Below, one piece after another: positions 29,674 through 38,507 of a stretch of DNA of 64,000 bases. Location: positions 2,944,001-3,008,000 of the forward strand of contig OZ240241.1 in NCBI GenBank assembly GCA_965198115.1, given 5' to 3'. The stretch comes from Candidatus Latescibacterota bacterium. GTDB lineage: Bacteria > Latescibacterota > UBA2968. The position numbers and the translations under genes were made by a program. The notes under the pieces are model-generated. The model ran no database searches. It had not been told where the DNA came from and saw only the letters and a program-made list of their open reading frames with translations. Within the stretch, counting starts at the first letter, position 1, and every line of letters starts with the position of its first letter.

Positions 29674-30492
29674 ATGGACGACTACCAAAAATATTTCTTC
29701 GACATCAACGGCTACCTGGTCATCGAAGATGCCCTCACGCCCGAAGAAATGAGGGTCCTTAACGAGGCGATCGACGAAAACACCCACCGGATACAGATTC
29801 GCGAGGGCGAGGCCCTATTGTCCGCCGGGTCTCCGGCCCTCGTCGCCAAGCACGGTCGCGGCGACATCGGGGGAATGCTGAACTGGCCCAAGCCCTGGTG
29901 TCAGCCCTTCCGCGATCTCCTTGCCCATCCCAGCATCGTGCCGGCACTGGTCGAACTCCTGCGCGACGGCTTCCGGATCGATCACGTCTATGGCATCGTG
30001 ATGGATGCCGGTGCAGAAGGCCACGTGATGCACGGTGGCGGCACCGCCGATGACTTTTCCCACTTTTACCAATTCCACAACGGGAAAATGAGATGCGGAC
30101 TGACCGTCGTCGGCTGGAATCTCACAGACGCCAATCCCGGCGACGGCGGCTTCGCGTGTATCCCTGGCAGCCACAAGGCCAACTACGATGCCCCACGCGA
30201 TGTGGCCCGACTCGAGACCGACATCGGATTGGTCAAGCAGGTCCTGGCTCCCGCTGGGTCAGCCGTCATCTTCACCGAGGCCCTCACGCACGGTACGATG
30301 CCGTGGAAGGCCGACCACCCACGACGATCGATTCTCTACAAATACTCGCCCGGCCCACTGGCGAACGAGGGTCGGTACATACCCCACGGTGTGGAGGACA
30401 CGCTCGACGAGTTCACGCCTGCCCAACGCGCGGTGCTTCAACCACCCTACCAGGACCGCCGCCCATCGGTCGCACAACCGGAGAACACCTAA
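29674..30492 (+). CDS. PhyH family Fe/2OG oxygenase (HxG variant), paralogue 1
   Basis: YFFDINGYLVIEDAL, MHGGG, CIPGSHK, EALTHGT and RRS. 272 aa. Confidence 0.85.
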   Translation: MDDYQKYFFDINGYLVIEDALTPEEMRVLNEAIDENTHRIQIREGEALLSAGSPALVAKHGRGDIGGMLNWPKPWCQPFRDLLAHPSIVPALVELLRDGFRIDHVYGIVMDAGAEGHVMHGGGTADDFSHFYQFHNGKMRCGLTVVGWNLTDANPGDGGFACIPGSHKANYDAPRDVARLETDIGLVKQVLAPAGSAVIFTEALTHGTMPWKADHPRRSILYKYSPGPLANEGRYIPHGVEDTLDEFTPAQRAVLQPPYQDRRPSVAQPENT

Positions 30493-30663
30493 CACGAAGG
30501 CACGAAGACGCGAAGAAAAATGCGACCCGGTCCAGATCCCAGAGACCTACGACGATACCATCCTGCTGAGCAAGCCTGTCAGCGTGAGCACGAGGGGAAG
30601 GGTCGATCCTGGAGGAGCTCTCAAACAACCAGGTTATCCTTCGAGCCTTCGCGACTTCGTGTT
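30491..30663. repeat. Hairpin element with 8-mer periodic arms, copy 2
   Basis: AACACGAAG-GCACGAAG-ACGCGAAG ... CTTCGAGC-CTTCGCGA-CTTCGTGTT. A third left arm starts near 31519. Confidence 0.75.
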
Positions 30664-30700
30664 CCTGCATTCTCAATGGGTAACCCAAGCGAGATAACGA

Positions 30701-31519
30701 ATGGATGAGCACCAGAAATACTTCTTCGACATCAACGGCTACCTCGTCATCGAGGACGCTCTGTCACAGGACGAGGTGGATGCTCTGAACGAGGCGATCG
30801 ATCAGAATGACGGCCGCATCAAGATCCGTCCACCGGAACAGTCGCTTGCGCAGGGATCATCCGCCCTCGTCGCCAAACAGGGGCGGGGCGACCTCGGAGG
30901 GATGCTGACCTGGCCCAAGCCGTGGTGTCAACCCTTCCGCGATCTCCTGGCTCACCCCAGTATGGTTCCTCCGTTGGTAGAGATCTTGCGGCACGACTTT
31001 CGACTCGATCACGTCTACGGGATCGTGATGGAAGCCGGCGCCGAAGGCCATACTTTGCACGGCGGCGGCACCGCCGATGATCTGGCTCATTTTTACCAAT
31101 TCCACAACGGCCAGATGCGCTGCGGGCTGACCGTCGCCGCCTGGAATCTCACCGACGTCAATCCTGGCGACGGAGGCTTCGCCTGCATCCCCGGCAGCCA
31201 CAAAGCCAACTACGTGGCACCACGCGATGTCGCCCGTATGGAGAAAGACATCGGCCTCGTTCAACAGATCGCCGCGCCCGCCGGCTCCGTCGTCATCTTC
31301 ACGGAAGCGCTCACGCACGGAACGATGCCCTGGAAAGCCGGTCACCAGCGCCGATCGATTCTCTACAAATACTCACCGGGCATCCTGACCTATGCCCAGC
31401 GCTACGTCCCAGAAGGTGTCGAAGAGGTTTTGGATGAATTCACCCCTGCCCAGCGCGCCGTCCTCGAACCACCCTATCGCAACCAGCGCCCATCCGTCCT
31501 GAACCCAGAAGCCACCTAG
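30701..31519 (+). CDS. PhyH family Fe/2OG oxygenase (HxG variant), paralogue 2
   Basis: Collinear 272-aa paralogue of 29674-30492 with LHGGG and EALTHGT. Confidence 0.85.
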   Translation: MDEHQKYFFDINGYLVIEDALSQDEVDALNEAIDQNDGRIKIRPPEQSLAQGSSALVAKQGRGDLGGMLTWPKPWCQPFRDLLAHPSMVPPLVEILRHDFRLDHVYGIVMEAGAEGHTLHGGGTADDLAHFYQFHNGQMRCGLTVAAWNLTDVNPGDGGFACIPGSHKANYVAPRDVARMEKDIGLVQQIAAPAGSVVIFTEALTHGTMPWKAGHQRRSILYKYSPGILTYAQRYVPEGVEEVLDEFTPAQRAVLEPPYRNQRPSVLNPEAT

Positions 31520-31553
31520 CACGAAGACGCCGTTCTCGTGACCTGATGCGCTC

Positions 31554-31658
31554 CGTCGCTCATCGCGCCGATCACGACCAGCAGACACGCCTTCTCGCGC
31601 TCGAGCCCGGCTTTGACGTAGATGCCATCAGCCCAGGCGTAGACCAGTTCGCGATTAT
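31554..31658 (-). mobile_element. Internal IS256 transposase fragment
   Basis: Matches ~2836-2941. Confidence 0.85.
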
Positions 31659-31659
31659 T

Positions 31660-32147
31660 CGGCCAGCTTCGCCGTGAATGCGATCCGAAGTTGGTGGAAG
31701 AACATGGGACGGCCCGCCTACGGCACTTCGACGCATCTGCTAATCACGGCGGACGCAGGCGGCAGCAACGGCGCCAAGACGCGGCTGTGGAAGTGGGAGC
31801 TGCAGCGCTTTGCGAATCGCACTGGCCTGACGATCACCGTATGCCACTACCCTCCTGGCACTAGTAAGTGGAACAAGATCGAACATCGCCTGTTCTCCTT
31901 CATCGCTATGAACTGGCGAGGCAAGCCCCTGGTCAGCCTGGCTGCAACCGTGAATCTCATTGCCGGAACGACCACTCAAGCCGGTCTCCGAGTACGCTCC
32001 GAGATCGACAAGCGACCCTACCCTAACGGGGTCAAGGTGACCGATGAACAGATGACCCAAATCGATCTCACTCCGCACGATTTCCACGGCGACTGGAACT
32101 ACACGATCCGGCCAATGGCTCAACATTGAGATCGACCGTTTATTTAT
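31660..32147 (+). mobile_element. ISAzo13-family 3' fragment
   Basis: Matches ~39306-39793. The right IR is cut by ISL3. Confidence 0.9.
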
Positions 32148-33567
32148 GGCTATATCCGGATCTCTCAACGAGATGAAGTGGGTGAAGGTGCCGTGGTTCC
32201 TGGCATGGGGGCGCGGTTAGCGTGTGCGGAACCTCTTCGGAATCTGCTCAGGGATGTTTATGTCTCCGACGGTAAGGAAGATCATATCGTTGAATGCGTC
32301 GAGTGTGCGGAATCCGCTGGCTCGGTTCTTGACGATTTGGACGATTCGGTTGAGGCCTTCGGCGATGGCGTTGGTAAGACGCGTGTTCACGAATGCGAGG
32401 ACGCCGAAGAAGTGCTGTCGCAGGGTCCTGACGAACTTTCGCAGGGGTTCAAGTCGACTTCTGAGTGCGGACGTCGTCCAGCATTTCAGGAAGCGTTCGG
32501 CAGCCCAGGGCGCTTTGTATTCCCAGAACTGCTCGAACTCGTCCTTGAGTCTCCAGGCTCTATAGATTCGGTAGTTCGCCTTCTCCAGTGCTTTGAGTGT
32601 CCGAGTATCCCCTCTGGAGCGTGTCGCTGAGTGCCGGTAGAGGAGCCATCGGAGGCCCTTCATGGCTTTGCGCTCATCCGGGGCAGCTTTACGCCACTGG
32701 TCCTTACGGACCTCGTCAACGGCGGCATTGAGAGCCTTGACGATGTGAAAGCGATCGAGGACCAGCTTGGCATTCGGACAGTGTTCCTGGATGGCTCCGA
32801 TGTAAGCTTCGCTCATGTCGCAGCAGGCCCACTCGATCTTGGATCTCCGGTAGGGACTGAGAGCCTCTGTGAAGAACCGATCGATCGTTTTACGCGCCCT
32901 GCCGCGGCCAACCCACACCACGCAGGAGCGGTCCAGATCGTAAACGAGCGTGGCGTACCTGTGACGCTTGGCGTAGGAGATCTCGTCGATCCCGATGGTT
33001 TTGAGCCCTCGGATACGATGACCTTCACGAAGCCGCGTGATGGATCGGTGAAGGAGATCCGACAGCGTCGAGGCAGAGATGCGCAGTAACTCGGACGCCG
33101 CCTTCTGCGTCATGGTCTGGCAGTAGCGCAGCATGGCATACTCGAAGCGATACGTCACCCGAGAGAACCGCTCCGCCCACGGAATCTCCTCGACCACACG
33201 ACCGTGGGTAGGACACCGAATCTCCCGAGGATGGTAGAGAAGCCAGACCCTCCACCCGCACACCGGAATGTCACGCCACCGACGCGGATGGGGCATTGTG
33301 CGGACGATTTTACCTCGACGGCCGCACTCCGGACAACAACAACCATTCTTATGTGGCTTTACGGCGATGACGAAGCAGCTTCTCCCCTCAAACCACCAGC
33401 TGACAACACGGAACCCCTTGAATCTCAGCAGTTTCGATAGTAATCTGCTCCCGGTCATAGGTCGCACCCCCTTCGCTTTGATTGTCCTACACACACAACC
33501 AAGCGTAGGGAACGATCTATGACCTTGTCATTCTATAGTTTCACCGTTGAGAAACCCGGATAGAGCC
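32148..33567 (-). mobile_element. ISL3-family element, copy 1
   Basis: IRs GGCTATATCCGGATCTCTCAACG / CGTTGAGAAACCCGGATAGAGCC. GTTTATTTAT flanks both sides. Confidence 0.95.
32217..33458 (-). CDS. ISL3 transposase
   Basis: Zinc finger CPECG..CPTH, IGIDEIS, CCDMSEAY, LDRFHIV and TNAIAEGLN. Confidence 0.95.
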   Translation of the reverse strand: MTGSRLLSKLLRFKGFRVVSWWFEGRSCFVIAVKPHKNGCCCPECGRRGKIVRTMPHPRRWRDIPVCGWRVWLLYHPREIRCPTHGRVVEEIPWAERFSRVTYRFEYAMLRYCQTMTQKAASELLRISASTLSDLLHRSITRLREGHRIRGLKTIGIDEISYAKRHRYATLVYDLDRSCVVWVGRGRARKTIDRFFTEALSPYRRSKIEWACCDMSEAYIGAIQEHCPNAKLVLDRFHIVKALNAAVDEVRKDQWRKAAPDERKAMKGLRWLLYRHSATRSRGDTRTLKALEKANYRIYRAWRLKDEFEQFWEYKAPWAAERFLKCWTTSALRSRLEPLRKFVRTLRQHFFGVLAFVNTRLTNAIAEGLNRIVQIVKNRASGFRTLDAFNDMIFLTVGDINIPEQIPKRFRTR

Positions 33568-33577
33568 GTTTATTTAT

Positions 33578-34997
33578 GGCTATATCCGGATCTCTCAACG
33601 AGATGAAGTGGGTGAAGGTGCCGTGGTTCCTGGCATGGGGGCGCGGTTAGCGTGTGCGGAACCTCTTCGGAATCTGCTCAGGGATGTTTATGTCTCCGAC
33701 GGTAAGGAAGATCATATCGTTGAATGCGTCGAGTGTGCGGAATCCGCTGGCTCGGTTCTTGACGATTTGGACGATTCGGTTGAGGCCTTCGGCGATGGCG
33801 TTGGTAAGACGCGTGTTCACGAATGCGAGGACGCCGAAGAAGTGCTGTCGCAGGGTCCTGACGAACTTTCGCAGGGGTTCAAGTCGACTTCTGAGTGCGG
33901 ACGTCGTCCAGCATTTCAGGAAGCGTTCGGCAGCCCAGGGCGCTTTGTATTCCCAGAACTGCTCGAACTCGTCCTTGAGTCTCCAGGCTCTATAGATTCG
34001 GTAGTTCGCCTTCTCCAGTGCTTTGAGTGTCCGAGTATCCCCTCTGGAGCGTGTCGCTGAGTGCCGGTAGAGGAGCCATCGGAGGCCCTTCATGGCTTTG
34101 CGCTCATCCGGGGCAGCTTTACGCCACTGGTCCTTACGGACCTCGTCAACGGCGGCATTGAGAGCCTTGACGATGTGAAAGCGATCGAGGACCAGCTTGG
34201 CATTCGGACAGTGTTCCTGGATGGCTCCGATGTAAGCTTCGCTCATGTCGCAGCAGGCCCACTCGATCTTGGATCTCCGGTAGGGACTGAGAGCCTCTGT
34301 GAAGAACCGATCGATCGTTTTACGCGCCCTGCCGCGGCCAACCCACACCACGCAGGAGCGGTCCAGATCGTAAACGAGCGTGGCGTACCTGTGACGCTTG
34401 GCGTAGGAGATCTCGTCGATCCCGATGGTTTTGAGCCCTCGGATACGATGACCTTCACGAAGCCGCGTGATGGATCGGTGAAGGAGATCCGACAGCGTCG
34501 AGGCAGAGATGCGCAGTAACTCGGACGCCGCCTTCTGCGTCATGGTCTGGCAGTAGCGCAGCATGGCATACTCGAAGCGATACGTCACCCGAGAGAACCG
34601 CTCCGCCCACGGAATCTCCTCGACCACACGACCGTGGGTAGGACACCGAATCTCCCGAGGATGGTAGAGAAGCCAGACCCTCCACCCGCACACCGGAATG
34701 TCACGCCACCGACGCGGATGGGGCATTGTGCGGACGATTTTACCTCGACGGCCGCACTCCGGACAACAACAACCATTCTTATGTGGCTTTACGGCGATGA
34801 CGAAGCAGCTTCTCCCCTCAAACCACCAGCTGACAACACGGAACCCCTTGAATCTCAGCAGTTTCGATAGTAATCTGCTCCCGGTCATAGGTCGCACCCC
34901 CTTCGCTTTGATTGTCCTACACACACAACCAAGCGTAGGGAACGATCTATGACCTTGTCATTCTATAGTTTCACCGTTGAGAAACCCGGATAGAGCC
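33578..34997 (-). mobile_element. ISL3-family element, copy 2 (direct tandem)
   Basis: Apparently identical to copy 1 at an offset of 1430 bp. Confidence 0.95.
33647..34888 (-). CDS. ISL3 transposase
   Basis: Translation identical to copy 1. Confidence 0.95.
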   Translation of the reverse strand: MTGSRLLSKLLRFKGFRVVSWWFEGRSCFVIAVKPHKNGCCCPECGRRGKIVRTMPHPRRWRDIPVCGWRVWLLYHPREIRCPTHGRVVEEIPWAERFSRVTYRFEYAMLRYCQTMTQKAASELLRISASTLSDLLHRSITRLREGHRIRGLKTIGIDEISYAKRHRYATLVYDLDRSCVVWVGRGRARKTIDRFFTEALSPYRRSKIEWACCDMSEAYIGAIQEHCPNAKLVLDRFHIVKALNAAVDEVRKDQWRKAAPDERKAMKGLRWLLYRHSATRSRGDTRTLKALEKANYRIYRAWRLKDEFEQFWEYKAPWAAERFLKCWTTSALRSRLEPLRKFVRTLRQHFFGVLAFVNTRLTNAIAEGLNRIVQIVKNRASGFRTLDAFNDMIFLTVGDINIPEQIPKRFRTR

Positions 34998-36556
34998 CAT
35001 AAAAAAGGTAGTCTCCTTGTACAAGTGTTTGTTTTTCCCTACATTAGGGCTGACACATCAAAACAACACTTGGAAGGAACTACCGTGATAGAACCTAGTC
35101 AGATCCGGTTACCATTCGCAAGCATTTCGGGCAAGGTAGTTGAGGCTGATTTTGCCGGTGGCGCCGTCAGGAGTGACGGTGGAGTTCTGTTGCTTCGCGC
35201 CCTTGAGTCTCAGATGGGATTGATCGCCAGAATGGTAGATGCTTTGCGAGATCGTCGTCACCCAAGCTATATCGATCACACGCTTTTGGATCTTGTGAAG
35301 CAGCGTGTTTTTCAGATCGCTTGCGGCTATGAAGATGCCGTCGATTGTGATGATTTGCGCCACGATCCGGGCGTCAAGGCTGCCTGCGATCGGCTTCCTC
35401 TTTCCGGTCCTGATCTCGGGAGCCAATCAACGATGACACGACTTGAGAATGATGTGCGACGCTCGGATTTGTATCGGCTCGCACGGGCTTTTGTAGACGG
35501 GTTCATCGCATCGTATGACCAGGCACCCCCAAGCATCATTCTCGATATCGACGACACGGATGACCCAACGCACGGTGCGCAACAATTTTCACTCTTCAAC
35601 GCGTATTACAATGAACACTGCTATATGCCGCTACATATCTATGAAGGCCAAAGCGGCAAGCTCATTACGACGATCTTGAGACCCGGGCATCCGACGAACG
35701 GTAAACAGGTCGTTTCTATTCTCAAGCGCTTGGTGGAACACCTACGCGGATCTTGGCCAAACGTGGAGATCATCGTTCGCGCAGACTCAAAGTTCAGCTC
35801 ACCAGAGATGCACGATTTCTGCGAAGACAACGGTATCTACTACGTTCTGGGCCAGGGCGCCAACTCCAAGCTCAAAGCGGCTGGACAAAACCTGATGGAC
35901 CAAGCGCTACGTCTGAGCGAGCATAAGGAGACGATTCGCTTGTTCTCATCCTTCTCATATCAGGCTGGCACCTACCGGCAGCCTCGCCGGATCATTCACA
36001 AGGCTGAAGTCACAAACGGCGAAGCAAATCCAAGATACCGCGTGACCAATTTACAGAGTAATCGAGACGGCTTTATCTATGATCGTATCCGATCGAACAT
36101 CGTGCCACAAGTTTGAAGCCAACCAGTTCCGACTCTTTCTACACAGTGCTGCATACGCCTTGCTTCACGCACTCCGATCACAGGGACTCAAGGGCACCGC
36201 GTGGACCAAACCTCAGGTCAACACGATACAGAACCGTTTCCTCAAAATCGGCGCGAGAGTCATTGAAAGCGCACGAAGAATCCGATTCCATTTTCCAACA
36301 TCGTATCCACTCAAAAACGTCTTGGTGTCAATCATCACCAGGCTCGAAACGAACACGCAGTAACAACGCCGATCTATACCGGGGACAGCTATGTACACGT
36401 CGCAAAACAACACCTGTTCCGGACGAAAATCGTGACTCTTGCGACTCGTAGAGACCGCTTACGGGACCTTGGACATCCGAAGAAGCCGAGAACAAATCCT
36501 GTGCGTGATCACATCACTCCAAAACAACCTAAACTCAAATTCATGCATGATTCAGG
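34998..36556 (+). mobile_element. IS1380-family element; transposase 35085-36363 disrupted near 36090, left end clipped
   Basis: SDGGVLLL, QRVFQIACGYED, LDIDDTDDPTHG and VRADS, then SDRTSCHKFEANQFRL in another frame. Right end is CATGATTCAGG. Confidence 0.9.
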
Positions 36557-36579
36557 CTTAGAGGGGAAAGGAGACCGAT

Positions 36580-37005
36580 ATGAAACGGTTTTGCATACCG
36601 GTGGCAATCGTAGCAGCACTTGTAGTAGGCGCGATGATAGGCAGTCCGTGGCAGACGGGCGCTCAAGAGTCCACAACCGAGGTGTCCGATCCGTTCCACG
36701 GCGACAACTTCATGTATATCGCAGACTGGGCGATCGCACCTGGGCAGATTCCTAATGAGTCTATCGAGGAAGCAAAACGATACGTGCGGGGACTACGGGC
36801 AACAGGCGAACTTACGTCGGTGAGGTTGTTCATCCATAACACGGGCCCGAGCTTCTCGGTTTACATCGTGCTCGAGTCACCCGACTGGGCAAGCATCGAG
36901 GCGGGATGGTCGTCGTTCCTTGGTGTAAATCCTGACATCCTCGCCTCACCGTGGAAGCGGGGAAGGCACCAGGACAACATTATCAGCGAGATCGTTGTCG
37001 AGTAG
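36580..37005 (+). CDS. Secreted hypothetical protein
   Basis: AAGGAG RBS and signal peptide MKRFCIPVAIVAALVVGAMIG. Confidence 0.7.
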   Translation: MKRFCIPVAIVAALVVGAMIGSPWQTGAQESTTEVSDPFHGDNFMYIADWAIAPGQIPNESIEEAKRYVRGLRATGELTSVRLFIHNTGPSFSVYIVLESPDWASIEAGWSSFLGVNPDILASPWKRGRHQDNIISEIVVE

Positions 37006-37020
37006 GCCATTCATAGATAG

Positions 37021-37113
37021 GGAGGAACCATCGGTGTGAGGAGGAGCGAAGTGGGTAAGGGCAGCACGTTTACGGTGTAGGTGCCGGTGGCGTATCGCGA
37101 GCCGGCGACTTGA
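37021..37113 (+). pseudogene. Histidine kinase HATPase C-terminal tail remnant 1
   Basis: GGTIGVRRSEVGKGSTFTV*VPVAYREPAT*. Confidence 0.75.
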
Positions 37114-37130
37114 TGCACAGGAGGGCCAAA

Positions 37131-37610
37131 ATGAAGGCCGCACTCGATTTCTCAATCCTATTGGTACTGGGCTTGTTGGTGGGCTGTGGGACGCCTCACG
37201 AGGGAGCGGACGATGAAGCTGATATTGCGGCGATAAAGAGTCTGAGCAAACAGGCCCAGGCGGCCTACATCGCCCGTGACTGGGAAGGGTTCGCGAGCTT
37301 CTTCACCGATGATGGCGTATGGATGCCGTCAGGCAAGCTGCCCTTGATCGGCAAAGAGGCGTGGTGGTCGTGGATCGGAGGTGGGTGGGATCGAGGCACG
37401 ATCGATAAGATGGACCTATCCCACGATGAGATCGTTGTAGCTGGCGACTGGGCTTTTGAACGGCATAGCGAAAGTACGGTTTCAACCAGGGGCGGCGAAA
37501 CACGTGAGCGCCACTACAAAGGGGTCTGGATACTGCGAAGACAGGCAGACGGTTCCTGGAAGATTGCCCGCTATATCTGGAACCGCAATCCCGCACCCGC
37601 TGACAGTTAG
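37131..37610 (+). CDS. NTF2/SnoaL-like (DUF4440) lipoprotein
   Basis: Lipobox LLVGC, with FFTDDGVWMP, VAGDWAF and ILRRQADGSWKI. Confidence 0.85.
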   Translation: MKAALDFSILLVLGLLVGCGTPHEGADDEADIAAIKSLSKQAQAAYIARDWEGFASFFTDDGVWMPSGKLPLIGKEAWWSWIGGGWDRGTIDKMDLSHDEIVVAGDWAFERHSESTVSTRGGETRERHYKGVWILRRQADGSWKIARYIWNRNPAPADS

Positions 37611-37612
37611 GC

Positions 37613-37710
37613 GCGGAGTTGCTCGGCGGGACCATCGGCGTGGACAGCGAGGTGGGCAAGGCAGCACGTTCACGGTGCGGGTGCCGGTGACCTACCAAGA
37701 ACAGTCGTAA
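37613..37710 (+). pseudogene. Histidine kinase HATPase C-terminal tail remnant 2
   Basis: AELLGGTIGVDSEVGK/(G)STFTVRVPVTYQEQS*, a homologue of remnant 1. Confidence 0.75.
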
Positions 37711-37731
37711 CCAAGCATTCTGTTGAGGAAC

Positions 37732-37766
37732 GAAAGCCCCCGCTGGTATAGGCTGGCGGGGCTTTC
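37732..37766 (+). terminator. Terminator-like hairpin
   Basis: GAAAGCCCCCGC...GCGGGGCTTTC. Confidence 0.55.
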
Positions 37767-37928
37767 ACGCTCCTGATGATGCTCGGATCTTGACGTTCTT
37801 CCTACGAATGCGACACCGTTAACTCTAGCGGGCTGATTCTGCCTATATTCTCTATAGTCGTGGCTGCTTATGCATCCTGGCCAATCGATACAGAGTTCTA
37901 ACCCTCAGCGCACGAAAGGGGTCAAGAA

Positions 37929-38048
37929 ATGGGTGACAAAGGCAAGAAGGATAAGGAAAAGAAGCTGAAACAGCGGGCGAAGAAGAAAAGTCAGGACGCG
38001 AAGGTGAAGCACGATAAGAACCACAAAGCTCGGACACAAGTTGTGTGA
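37929..38048 (+). CDS. Small lysine-rich protein (39 aa)
   Basis: MGDKGKKDKEKKLKQRAKKKSQDAKVKHDKNHKARTQVV*, with a purine-rich RBS GAAAGGGG. Confidence 0.55.
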   Translation: MGDKGKKDKEKKLKQRAKKKSQDAKVKHDKNHKARTQVV

Positions 38049-38245
38049 AGACTCAGCACCTTTGACAGCTACCTCGACGGGTCTGCTTAGCAAGGGTCTT
38101 GTAGACACGAAACGGATGTTGCTACTGAAGTAGTACCATCTTCTGAGCCAAATTAAGGCCCCCGATAGCATACGTTGGCGGGCAAACAGCGGCCCCCTTT
38201 CTCGAGTGAGAGAGGGGGCTTCCTGTTGAGAGGTGTTATGGTCAT

Positions 38246-38410
38246 CTAAACGTCGTTATCTGCTACGAGAAGGTCTACGCCCGAGTCGCTGAGAATCTTG
38301 GGAAGGGATTGTTCATATGCAGTTTTGTCAGTTTCGAAACTGGACGCGAACTGCCTCACCAGTTGTAAGAGAGGATCTTTGTCTTTGATGTTGGCTTCGC
38401 GGATTATCAT
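38246..38410 (-). pseudogene. GNAT acetyltransferase N-terminal fragment
   Basis: MIIREANIKDKDPLLQLVRQF...DLLVADNDV*, stopping before motif A. Confidence 0.5.
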
Positions 38411-38507
38411 CGTCTTTCCGACTCTCTACCCAATTCGACGAGTCGAGCTGCCCAAGGGTTGCCTCCCTGCATCCGGTCTCTGGCCTCGGCCTGCCTTGCG
38501 GCTAACT

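Noticed and set aside
29532-31533. CRISPR array or integron attC interpretation of the repeated hairpins
   Set aside because: There is no constant repeat-spacer period, no cas or intI gene, and no RYYYAAC/GTTRRRY boxes.
33545-33600. Strong hybrid promoter at the ISL3 dimer junction
   Set aside because: A TTGAGA -35 is present on both strands, but -10 matches at 16-18 bp spacing are weak.
38225-38506. GNAT fragment as an integron cassette (GTTAGCC upstream, CCATAAC downstream on the minus strand)
   Set aside because: Only isolated core-like heptamers are present, with no complete attC stem and no integrase in the window.
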